64,000 nt of DNA, from the NCBI GenBank assembly GCA_001600695.1, contig BCKQ01000001.1, positions 1,676,005 to 1,740,004 on the forward strand, given 5' to 3'. Under the pieces are notes generated by a model that saw only the letters and a list, made by a program, of their open reading frames with translations, was not told where the DNA came from and made no database searches. Position 1 is the stretch's first letter. Every line of letters starts with the position of its first letter. Shown here piece by piece: positions 1 through 9,996 of the stretch. Source of the DNA: Ascoidea asiatica JCM 7603 (Eukaryota; Fungi; Ascomycota). The translations under genes were made by a program, and so were the position numbers.

Positions 1-98
1 TACTACTAATACTACTAATACTACTAATACTACTAATACTACTAATACTACTAATACTACTAATACTACTAATACTACTAATACTACTAATACTACTA
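1..98 (+). repeat. Tandem 9-mer (TACTACTAA)n, about 11 copies, running off the window start; reads Thr-Thr-Asn in frame 2
   Basis: Directly visible perfect repeat, in frame with the downstream Ser/Thr-rich reading frame. Confidence 0.95.
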
Positions 99-780
99 GC
101 TCTTATGTGGTTTCCATAATTGATTCTACAAGAAATTCTGATAGCGATTCTACTACAAATCTTATTATTAATTTCCTTAGAGAATCAAGTATTACCTCTA
201 GTACTGTTTATAGGTCTGAAGTCTCTGAATTAGTTATAAATTTAGGTTCTTGTCCAAATAATTTTTGTGATTCATAAATTATTGCAGTTAAAATGAAGTT
301 TTCAAGAAGAACAACTTCAAATGAAAAGATCCTTTATACAACTTATTGTTATTATAGAGAACTACAAAATTTAACAATTGCAAGTTTTTCAGAATATATA
401 AGTACTAGTTCAAAATCTACAATTCAATCAAATTCAGAAATTTCAACAGTTCCAACAACAATTAGAGATGAAATTAAATTATCAGATTCAACAATTTTAA
501 ATGAAGCGGTGAAGTGAATAAACCGTCAGAAAAAAAACTCAAAAGAATCCAATCCATCAAAAACAGATCCATCAAAAACTGGAGTTGTTGAATCTTTACA
601 ATTAGAGAAATCACAAGCTTTAGATCCAAAAAGATATGTTGTTCATAAAAGAATCAGTCGAAAATTACAAATCAATTTTATTTGTTCAGATAGAACTTTT
701 AATCAAGTTTCTTTTAATAGTGATAATATTTTTTGGTACTTATATTATTATTTTTTTGTTTAAATTGCGAAATTGAATTT
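2..780 (+). pseudogene. 3' part of a disrupted flocculin/adhesin-like cell-wall gene (Flocculin type 3 repeat)
   Basis: Frame 2 reads (TTN)n..LVINLGSCPNNFCDS*IIAVK..EKILYTTYC, matching the flocculin_t3 pattern (TxTSCxxxxC...YTTYC). In-frame stops TAA 275-277 and TGA 515-517; Ser/Thr-rich; hydrophobic GPI-like tail near 710-770 in a shifted frame. Confidence 0.6.
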
Positions 781-790
781 TTTTTATAAC

Positions 791-1430
791 AAAATTAATA
801 AGAAAAAAATTTTAATACCTTCTCATATTTAAAATTTTAAATTTTTATTTGCCAATTTACTTGTTGGGAATCCTGCAATTGAATCTCAAACTTAAGAATA
901 GTTAACAACTAAAAAATCCCCATTCGGTTCAAATAAAATGATTTATTGAACAGGATAACTTTATTAACAAGATTTTAAAATCTGAATTAGAAGCAAATTT
1001 AGATAATATTATGAATAAAAATTGGAACAGAAATATTCAAAAAGCTTATGGAAGTTGTTGCACTTAAAGCCGATACTAGAAAAGGCCCTAAAAGTACTTT
1101 AATTTTAATAGAGGGCAATTCTGCTAAATTCCAAACTACTGTAGGTTGTTTATTATGATTAAGAGGTAAAACTTTAAATGCTCGTGAAGCTTCAAGTGAT
1201 TAAATAATGAAAAATACCAGAATTGGAGCCACCAATTTTACCAAATTTGAATTGATGGTGCTGAATTTATAGGAACTGGTTTCTGTACTTATATTTCCGA
1301 ATAACTCTCAAAATATAGAAGCTAATAATAAGAAAACTATCCAAAATGTTGAATATGCTGGCCTGGTGTAAAGAATGAACAGCCAAATAGAGAGCATTGC
1401 TACTGATGGATATAAAATACTTGAGGGTAC
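791..1430 (+). pseudogene. TOP2: Decayed DNA topoisomerase II fragment with internal deletion
   Basis: Reads LFANLLVGNPAIESQT*E*LTTKKSPFGS / FINKILKSEL / STLILIEGNSA / LRGKTLNAREASSD*IMKN, then PILP / DGAEFIGTGFCTYI / MLAWCKE*T. These are collinear with Top2 motifs NPAFTSQTKEQLTT, TLVLTEGDSA, PLRGKMLNVREAS, PILP..NGAEGIGTGWSTYIP and PWFRGWTG; many stops and frameshifts. Confidence 0.85.
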
Positions 1431-1707
1431 CAAAGTTTTGAAAAACATGAATTTAACGAAATATTCTAATAAATTTTATCGAAACAGTAAAAATACTAAA
1501 GATTTCAGTCTTCCGAAATCAACCGATTTATAAAATGTAGACACGTGATCCTTTCCGAACCGCTTCGTTTTAGCTCTGGAGATGAAAGAGAAAACAAGAA
1601 GAAAAGAAAATAAAAACAAATATATTTTATTGCCATTTGTATTTTATTTTATCATCCTGAATCTAGTGAGGACTGTTTTTTGTAATATAGTTATATAAAT
1701 ATTCAAA

Positions 1708-3264
1708 ATGAATTCTTCAGACTATAGAAATGACACCACTTATGAAGAGTTATCTGCAATTGACCAAGCTGCATTAAGATTAGGCCTATTAATTTATGAT
1801 AATAAGCTTAAGACAAGTTTAATGAAACTCCAAACAATTGAAGAAAATCATATAAATATATTGATATCTTCAGTAATTGTATTATTTATTTCTACTGGAC
1901 TTATATATATTGCAAGTTGGGGAACTTTAGAAAAGCCAAAGAATGCATTAGAACCAACAAAAGAACATAAATTATTTGATCCAACAGATGTTAATATTGT
2001 TTCAAAAGAAGAAACTGCAATTGGAGAAGGTCAAGCTTTAATGATGCCATTATTTGGAGGAATTACATTAACTGGATTATATTATGGTTTTAAAAATTTT
2101 TCAAAAGATAAAATCTTGAAATTTTTTGAATATTATGTTTCTATTGTTAGTATCAGCGCTTGTTTCTCAACTTTAGTATTTATTACAAAACTGGTTTCAA
2201 GAGAAATTTCTCATTATACTGGAGTATCAATTTTATCCAATTATAGGTTTACGATTTCAAAAGATGAAGAATATCATTCTTCTGGTATTGAAGTTAATGA
2301 AGAAGCAATTGATAAAGAAATGCAAGAAGAAATGGATCTAATAAATTTTACTGCATTCAAAGAATTTTTTCAAAATAAATTTAATATGAAAAAGATTTTC
2401 AAAAAAACTGATGAAAAAAATGAGAAAATTGAGGATAAAAATGAAAAATATAAAAAAGTTCAAAAAGATAAGAAAAAATCAAAAAAAATTAGTCCAAGTA
2501 TTATCAAAAAAGAATCACAAATGATCAATTTTTATATCACTTCTGCAGAAATCGGTGCATTACCAGTAAGTTTAGGTATAACATATTTATATCATAAATA
2601 CGATGGTAATTCCAATTGGATTTTAAGTAATATATTAGGATCATCATTTGCAATTTTTGGTATCCAAAATGCTAGAATAAATTCATTTAAAGCAGGTTTT
2701 ATAATGTTAACAGGATTATTTTTATATGATATTTATTTTGTATTTGGTACAGATATTATGGAAACAGTTGCTACAACTATGGAAATTCCTGTAAAAATTT
2801 TAATACCAAGAGCATCAAATGTTAAAGATTATAATTTTATTGGGTTTATACCAAAATTAGGTATGTCAATGTTAGGATTAGGTGATATTGTTGTTCCAGG
2901 AATTTTTATTTCATTATGTTTAAGATTTGATTTATTTAAATATCATTTAAAAAATAAAGGTGAAGAATTTCATCATTTAAATTCTTTTAAACAAGCATAT
3001 TTTTTAAATTCATTAGTTGCCTACGTTCTTGGTTTATCAACTACAATGGTTTTTCTTAATGTTTTTAATGCTGCACAACCTGCACTTTTATACTTATGTC
3101 CATTTATAATATTTTTCACTCTTGGAAAAGCTTTGTTTAGTGGAGATATGAAATTACTTTGGAATTATAGTGAAGCTGAAGATAATGATGAAGATACCAA
3201 TACTGATAAAAAAGAAATATCAGAAGTTAAAGAAGATATTGAAAAGGAAAAACTTGACACATGA
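1708..3264 (+). CDS. YPF1: Signal peptide peptidase-type intramembrane aspartyl protease (peptidase A22B)
   Basis: YDIYFVF, LGLGDIVVPG and QPALLYL motifs; multiple TM segments. Confidence 0.92.
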   Translation: MNSSDYRNDTTYEELSAIDQAALRLGLLIYDNKLKTSLMKLQTIEENHINILISSVIVLFISTGLIYIASWGTLEKPKNALEPTKEHKLFDPTDVNIVSKEETAIGEGQALMMPLFGGITLTGLYYGFKNFSKDKILKFFEYYVSIVSISACFSTLVFITKLVSREISHYTGVSILSNYRFTISKDEEYHSSGIEVNEEAIDKEMQEEMDLINFTAFKEFFQNKFNMKKIFKKTDEKNEKIEDKNEKYKKVQKDKKKSKKISPSIIKKESQMINFYITSAEIGALPVSLGITYLYHKYDGNSNWILSNILGSSFAIFGIQNARINSFKAGFIMLTGLFLYDIYFVFGTDIMETVATTMEIPVKILIPRASNVKDYNFIGFIPKLGMSMLGLGDIVVPGIFISLCLRFDLFKYHLKNKGEEFHHLNSFKQAYFLNSLVAYVLGLSTTMVFLNVFNAAQPALLYLCPFIIFFTLGKALFSGDMKLLWNYSEAEDNDEDTNTDKKEISEVKEDIEKEKLDT

Positions 3265-4032
3265 AATCATTGATATATCGGATGATAATTCAATTACTTC
3301 AGTTGAAGTCGTAAGTGAAGACTCAATTACTTCAGACTCTAAATAAATTGAAAAAAATCTCTAGAAACCCGAATTCCACATTTTTTCTGGGTTAAATAAG
3401 TGTGGTTCTATTAGCTAAACATAGTCTATTTTCACATAACAAAATGTTGGATAAGCTATGTTATATATCAGATATTATCAATTAGTTATTATTAATTAAA
3501 TATTATATTGTAAATTAAATATACATGTAAAATACTCCATAAAATAAATTCTAAAAATAAAATAGAAATGAGACCAGAAACAGGGAACTGCTGATATTTC
3601 TTCTTGGGAACATCCGCTTCCGGGTTTCCTCCGCCTGCGGTTGAGGCTGATTTGACCAAATGTCTTGATTTCGTGGCTTTTGCTTCAAAGCAATATTTTC
3701 TGGCGTCGAGAACTGACTGATTTTGCAGTGCTTTTGCAGTGAGTTTGCAGTGAGTTTGGAGGAGCTTACCGGTAAGGTTGATGATATTTTGGTTTATTTT
3801 TTTTATGGTACTGATACTGCCCATAAAACAGGAACAATCATTATTTTGGGAAATCCTTTTGAAATATATTTATAGATATAAAGATAAAGACAAATCCATT
3901 GGCAAATATTATTATTATTTTATCACTTGGATAGAAAGAACATTTACGATAATAGAAACCATTTAACTCACTTTGAAGTCTTAAATATCATCATATTCTT
4001 CAAGTTTTTCTATCGTTTAAACAAAATCAAAA

Positions 4033-4551
4033 ATGGTAAGTGATTTCCTTTGTTAACTTTTTATTACTTATATTTACTGAATGTAAACTAACTTTTTATC
4101 TACTTAGGCTCAAACTAAATTAACAGAAAAGCAAATCCTTGAATTCAAAGATGCTTTTAGTCTTTTTGATAAAGATAGTAGTGGAACTATAACTACTGAT
4201 GAATTAGCAAATGCAATGAGATCTCTTGGTCAAAATCCAAATGAAAGTGAATTAAAAGATATGGTTAATGAAATTGATATAAATAATGATGGTCATATTG
4301 ATTTTCAAGAATTCTTAACAATGATGGCAAGACAATTAAGAGATTCAGATACTGATGCTGAATTACGTCAAGCTTTTGAAGTATTTGATAGTGATAATAA
4401 TGGTACTATTTCATTTTCTGAATTACAACAAGCTTTAAATTCAATTGGTGAAAATTTATCAAGTGATGAAGTTAAAGCAATGTTTAGTGAAGCTGATACT
4501 GATAATAATGGTGAAATTGATTTTGAAGAATTCAAATCTTTATTAAATTAG
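4033..4551 (+). CDS. CMD1: Calmodulin (148 aa); exon 1 is the ATG alone (4033-4035), intron 4036-4107, exon 2 4108-4551
   Basis: Intron GTAAGT..AACTAAC..TAG. Spliced product [40 protein letters not shown], with four EF-hands. Confidence 0.88.
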
Positions 4552-4857
4552 TCTAATTTTATATTATAATTTTTAAATTTATTTTTTATATCAGTTTAAA
4601 CATTCGTTTATATAAATAATCTTTCTATTTTTCACTCAAATTACTTCTAATTTTATCCATCATTTATTTTTTTTTTTTTCATATACAGTATATCTATCCT
4701 TTTCATATTTCTTTTATATTTCTTTTATACTACAATTTCTTAAACTTTTTCCTTTTCATGAAAACAATTTTTATTTTATTCTTTATTTTCTTATTTAATA
4801 TCTAATGAAAATCTATGAAAAATTATATTATTTTTAAAAAATATTTTTTTTAAGTTT

Positions 4858-7800
4858 TTAAAATTTCAATTCTCCTGCCCAAGAAGCAGGCATCGGTCTA
4901 AAAATTTTTAATTCTCCTTTTTTTAAATCCTGTAAATCTATTTTATCTATACTAACATTTTTGATACCATTAGAATTTTGTTGAATGATTTCTAATTTAT
5001 AATTATTTTCTTCTCTTTTCTCAAGAACAGTTAAAACAATTGCTGTATGATCTGGAGAACCAAAATTTTTAAAAATCATACCATTTTCTTTAATATGTTC
5101 AAATTTACAATTTTTAAATTGAATTATATCTCCTTCTCTAATTTCATCTAAAGCTGGTTCATAATTTATTTCATCATTATATTTTGAAATTTTATAAATT
5201 AAACATCCATGATTATATCCATCTGAAACAAATGCATGTTTACCACATGAAATCTCTAAAGCATCATGAGCTAATGTCCAACATTCACCATTTCCAATTT
5301 TTTGTCCTAAATGATATTCACACCAACTACTTATATGTTCTCCAAATTTTTCATGACTTTCAATTAATTCATCAAGTGTTGCAGTTGGAGGTGGAATATT
5401 TATCCTTTCAACATTAGTTGTTCTTAAAATTTCAAGTGAATTATTTTCATTTTTTTCTCCTTCCCAATTAAATTTCAATTTAATAATTGATAAATCTTCC
5501 ATTCTAACACAAAGTTTTAATTCATTATTAGAGTACGTACAAGAATATGTAAGACCATTGAAACAACTTGGAAGTTTCAAATTCTTTGGATCTGCAAACC
5601 AACATGATTTAAGTTCTAAATCAAGTTCAATAGGTTCAAAACTTTTAACTTGTCTTCTTTTAGGAATAGGAGGTCTTTTTAATTTATTAGATATATTGGA
5701 ACTATCAATTGACGAATTACGAGATTTATGACCTTGATTCAACATAAGTTTTTTATTCAATTCTTCATTTAAATTTACTTTAACTTCTGAATGATGAGGA
5801 TTTGATGTGATTCTTTGTCTTGAAGGTGGAGGTGGAGGAGGAGCTGATCTCTTAGATTTAACAGGTGGTTTAATTTTTTCTTTAATAATTAGTGGGGATG
5901 GAGATTTTTTTTCATCAATGATATTTTTTTGATCCTCAATTCCAACAAGTTTTGAAATATGACGAAGTCCCTTTTTGAAATCAACTATTTCTTCATCAGT
6001 TGAATTTAATATAGGAGTATTTGATGTAAAAGAGCTTTTATGATTTTCAACTTTTTGAAAATTTTTATTATTAGATTTTGGTAATATTCTTGGACCTTTT
6101 TTTAAAGAATGAGAAAATGATTCGTTTGAAATGGACGAGGAATTATCACTATTATCGTCAAGTTCTATTTTTTCTTTTTTTTCAAGTCTTTCTATTGCAT
6201 TATTGGATGAATGGCGAAGACCTCCTCTTAAAGAAGCAATAAAATTTTCATTTTTTGTTTCATTGTCTTCAGCATTTATAGGATTCAAAGAATTCATTGA
6301 CATTCCTTTTGAGTGGTTGGATTCTCTAGAATTTGGAACTGATTTTGGCTTTTGAATAGGTTTTGGTTTAATAGAGGGTTTAGGTTTAAGAGATGGTTTA
6401 GATTTTATAACAGGTTTTGGACCAGGTTTTGGGCCAGGTTTAGGAGCAAGTTTAGGCCCAGGTTTTGGTGCAGTTTTAGGACCAGGTTTTGGAAAAACTT
6501 TTGGTTTATTTTTTAATGAAGGTGGAATTGGAGGTGGCGCTGTTTTTTTTATCGGAGATAAAACAGGAGATGACTTTGAAATTTTATTGGAATTTACAAA
6601 TTCATTAGATTCTTTTTCTTCAAAATCTTCAGAATTGAAACTTTTTACAGAAAGATTTTGATCTTTATCATTGTCTTTATTTTGATTTGGATCTGGAGTT
6701 TTATCTTTATTTTGATTTTGATCATCGTTTGGAAGTAAACCTTTTGCGATTAAATGCTGAGCTCTTTTACTATTTTGATTAAATGTAAAAGAAAATTGAT
6801 TATTGGAATTTGAATTTTTATTAAAATTATTAATTTCCTGGTTATTTGAATTAAAATTTGAATTAAAATTTGAATTTGAATTTGAATTTGTAATGACATG
6901 ATTTTTAAAAATTGGAGCAGTACTACCATGAGGTCTTGGAGGAGGTATAATTTTTGTAAAATCTATATTTGTAGGCATATTAGTTTTTTTATTAATTACA
7001 TTTGATTTTGAAATATCACTTGATTTTGATAATTGAATAACTGAAGCTTCTGGAAGTTCATGTTCTTTGATATTATTAGAATTCGAATTATTGAAATTTG
7101 AATTATTGAAAGTTGAATTATGTATTGCAGAACCTTTACTACCAAATGGACGAGGTGGAGGAGCAAAAGGAACAGGATTTGAATTTAAATTTAAATTCAA
7201 AGAAGTGTGATTAGAATTAAAATTAGATTGTGATTGAGAATTATTGATGAGATTATTATCATTTTTTGGAATTGAAGGAGGTGGAATTAATGTATGAGGA
7301 TCAATAATTGGTTTAATTGGTTTAATATTATCATTATGATTACGATTTGGTAAAGGAGGAAAATTAGAATCTGAATCTGAATTTGAATTATTTGAATTAT
7401 TTGAATTATTAATAGTATCAAAAATTGAATCTTCTGATATATGGCCTCTAGCTTTATGTATTGGAGGAGGTGGAAAATGAGCTGCACTTGGAGCAGGTTT
7501 TGGGATTTTTTTTGGTTCTATATTCTTATCTTTTGACTTATCTTTTGAATCATCTTTTTTTAAATCAATTGAAAGAATCGATGACGATGGGATGGTTGTT
7601 GTTGTTGTGGCTATTGATGATGGTCCGGGTATTGATGATTGTATGGGTATTGATGGATTATTGGTAATTTGAGATTGAGGAGTATATTGAGGTTTAGCAA
7701 TAGGTTGAGAAGGAGGTTGTGGTAAAGGCATTGCCGTTCTTTTATATTGAGATAGAGATAATTCTTCTTCAGAAGTTGAAGGTGATGGAGGTTGTTGTTG

Positions 7801-8586
7801 TTTTATATTTTGTGGAGGATCATAATAAGGTTTATTATAAGATAAAGTTTCTTGAATATGTAAATTATTTTGAAATTGATTTTGAATGTTATTTAAATTA
7901 TTATTTAAATTATTATTTAAAGAATTCGAAACAGAATTCGATATTTGATTAGAAATTTGACTAGATATTTTATTAGACATTTTATTAGATATTTGATTAG
8001 ATACTTGATTAGATACTTGATTAGATACTTGATTAGATACTTGATTAGATATTCGATTGGATATAGCTTGAGATACTATTGGTGTCATTGAAGATAAATT
8101 TTGTTGCTGTTGAGGTTGTTGGAACTGTTGTTGTGAAGGTGGTGGATAATCCATTGATTGTTGAGGTTGATAAGAAAGAGTATTATTTGTTCTTGCAGGA
8201 GGAGGTGGTGGAATTGGACGATTTTGTTGAACTTGAATCGGAGGTTGAATCTGAGGTTGGAATTGAGGTTGGAATTGAGATTGATTATTTGGTATTATAT
8301 ATTGATTATTATTTACATTTTGATTAACATTTTCATTTAAATTCGAGGTTGAATTTGAATTTGAATTTGAAGATTGAATTGAATTTGAAGAAGATAAATT
8401 TCTTGATGGTGGAGGTGGAAACAGTTTTGGATCTCTTAAAGAATTTAAAGGTCTTGATTCACCAAATTCTTTTTTATTTTGATTATCATTTGAATTTGAA
8501 TTTGAATTTAAAATTGAATTATTTGATAATTTTTTAATTTTTGAAGATGCATTAAATTCTTGAAATTTATCTTTAAATTTATCCAT
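4858..8586 (-). CDS. Proline-rich actin-associated AIM3/BBC1-like protein with C-terminal cysteine-proteinase (CHAP-like) fold
   Basis: N-terminal LRDPKLFPPPP motif, many PPPP tracts, C-terminal GNGECWTLA..DHTAIV..QQN. Confidence 0.7.
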   Translation of the reverse strand: MDKFKDKFQEFNASSKIKKLSNNSILNSNSNSNDNQNKKEFGESRPLNSLRDPKLFPPPPSRNLSSSNSIQSSNSNSNSTSNLNENVNQNVNNNQYIIPNNQSQFQPQFQPQIQPPIQVQQNRPIPPPPPARTNNTLSYQPQQSMDYPPPSQQQFQQPQQQQNLSSMTPIVSQAISNRISNQVSNQVSNQVSNQVSNQISNKMSNKISSQISNQISNSVSNSLNNNLNNNLNNIQNQFQNNLHIQETLSYNKPYYDPPQNIKQQQPPSPSTSEEELSLSQYKRTAMPLPQPPSQPIAKPQYTPQSQITNNPSIPIQSSIPGPSSIATTTTTIPSSSILSIDLKKDDSKDKSKDKNIEPKKIPKPAPSAAHFPPPPIHKARGHISEDSIFDTINNSNNSNNSNSDSDSNFPPLPNRNHNDNIKPIKPIIDPHTLIPPPSIPKNDNNLINNSQSQSNFNSNHTSLNLNLNSNPVPFAPPPRPFGSKGSAIHNSTFNNSNFNNSNSNNIKEHELPEASVIQLSKSSDISKSNVINKKTNMPTNIDFTKIIPPPRPHGSTAPIFKNHVITNSNSNSNFNSNFNSNNQEINNFNKNSNSNNQFSFTFNQNSKRAQHLIAKGLLPNDDQNQNKDKTPDPNQNKDNDKDQNLSVKSFNSEDFEEKESNEFVNSNKISKSSPVLSPIKKTAPPPIPPSLKNKPKVFPKPGPKTAPKPGPKLAPKPGPKPGPKPVIKSKPSLKPKPSIKPKPIQKPKSVPNSRESNHSKGMSMNSLNPINAEDNETKNENFIASLRGGLRHSSNNAIERLEKKEKIELDDNSDNSSSISNESFSHSLKKGPRILPKSNNKNFQKVENHKSSFTSNTPILNSTDEEIVDFKKGLRHISKLVGIEDQKNIIDEKKSPSPLIIKEKIKPPVKSKRSAPPPPPPSRQRITSNPHHSEVKVNLNEELNKKLMLNQGHKSRNSSIDSSNISNKLKRPPIPKRRQVKSFEPIELDLELKSCWFADPKNLKLPSCFNGLTYSCTYSNNELKLCVRMEDLSIIKLKFNWEGEKNENNSLEILRTTNVERINIPPPTATLDELIESHEKFGEHISSWCEYHLGQKIGNGECWTLAHDALEISCGKHAFVSDGYNHGCLIYKISKYNDEINYEPALDEIREGDIIQFKNCKFEHIKENGMIFKNFGSPDHTAIVLTVLEKREENNYKLEIIQQNSNGIKNVSIDKIDLQDLKKGELKIFRPMPASWAGELKF

Positions 8587-8913
8587 TAATTATAATTATA
8601 TATTAATTGATTTGATATTTTTATATTTTTAATGATTTTTTTAAATCAATTGATTTATTGAGTAGATTATTGATTGATCTGTTTTAGATTGTTTTATTGA
8701 TCGATTTGATTGATGACATGTTTAAATAGAGAAGTGGAATAATAGTGGTAACTGCTAGGTCAGTGAGCTTTCCATTGTTTTAGTATATTGACATAAATGT
8801 AAAGGAGATTTGCGGGTAACTTAGACAAGCCCTGATCAGGTAATCGATTAGCTAATCAAACGGCGCTCAAGGAAAGAAAGAAAGCACAGGCAGCAGCAGA
8901 AACAGCACGGAGC

Positions 8914-8961
8914 AAGATGGTTTCAAAGATGGTTTCAAAGATGGTTTCAAAGATGGTTTCA
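8914..8961. repeat. Perfect 12-bp tandem repeat (AAGATGGTTTCA)x4 in GC-rich intergenic island
   Basis: Directly visible. Confidence 0.9.
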
Positions 8962-9996
8962 TCCGCGACACTGCGCCACTGCAACGGGCCTGACTCGGGA
9001 GTGCTCGTATTCGGTCGTATTGCTCTCGTATTCGAAATAAGATTATCTGGATCTGGAACTGCTTTGGAACTGATTTGGAACTGACTTGGATTTGATTTAG
9101 ATCGACATGGTGTCGTGTGGCGTTTTTTGTCAGGCGTGTGACCTGTAGGAGACCATGAAGTCGGTGCCCCTGAAGTTACTTTCACTAGCCTCATTCTTGG
9201 ACTTGCCACCTTCCAGACTCTGAATGCGGTGCAGTTGAAATTTGTCTGTGGTTGGCGCAGTGGCTGTGATGCTGATACTTTAAAATATACTAAAAAATAC
9301 TAAAATTACAAAAATATGCTAAAATTTACCAGAGTTAAAGATCTGAATAAACTTAATTCATCTTTTACTCAATTCATTAACTCATTCACTATTTCATTTT
9401 TTTTTACACCAATTCCTTAATTCATTAATTCATTACTTCATCAATTGATAATTTCAGTAATTCATTAATGAAATAATTCAATCATCATTTCCTGTTTCTC
9501 AATTCAAATCCTTATTTCAACCATCTTATTTCATAAATCATTTTCTCAATTTAACTATTTAACTATTTAACTATTCTTTTATCATTCTTTTCAATTATAT
9601 AAATATTCATTTTATTCCACTATTCTCATTATTCAATTATACTCAACTTAACTATTCAATCATATTTATTATTATTCATTTTTCATTTCAACTTTAAAAC
9701 TCATTTAAAAAGTCATTTCCAAAGTCATTCTAAAATTGGTGATGTCATCCAACATTTAAGTTAAAAAAAAAAAACTGTATACATTAAAAATAATCAAATC
9801 ACCTTAAATATCCTCCTATACTACAAAATTTTATAAAAAAAAAAAAAAAAATCTTAATTTCATCCCTATATTATAATAAATTTAATCAATTATAATTTTT
9901 TTTTTATATTCATTATAATTTATTTAATGTTGAAACTTTAAATTCTTTATATTCATTAATATTTTTTAATGAAATTTTTAAATAATTTTAAATAAT

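Noticed and set aside
1-98. Telomeric repeat
   Set aside because: No G/C run typical of yeast telomeres, and the array is in frame with a flocculin-like coding relic
5184-8537. Antisense or alternate-frame ORFs inside long genes (also within the kinase, BUD27, helicase, GH51 and CKI1)
   Set aside because: Shadows of low-complexity coding sequence
8856-9209. Short ORFs in GC-rich islands (also 3492-3824, 13486-13802, 22613-23030, 30861-31124, 49106-49590, 60290-60880)
   Set aside because: Mostly non-ATG starts, overlapping on both strands, atypical codon use; expected by chance in GC-richer promoter DNA
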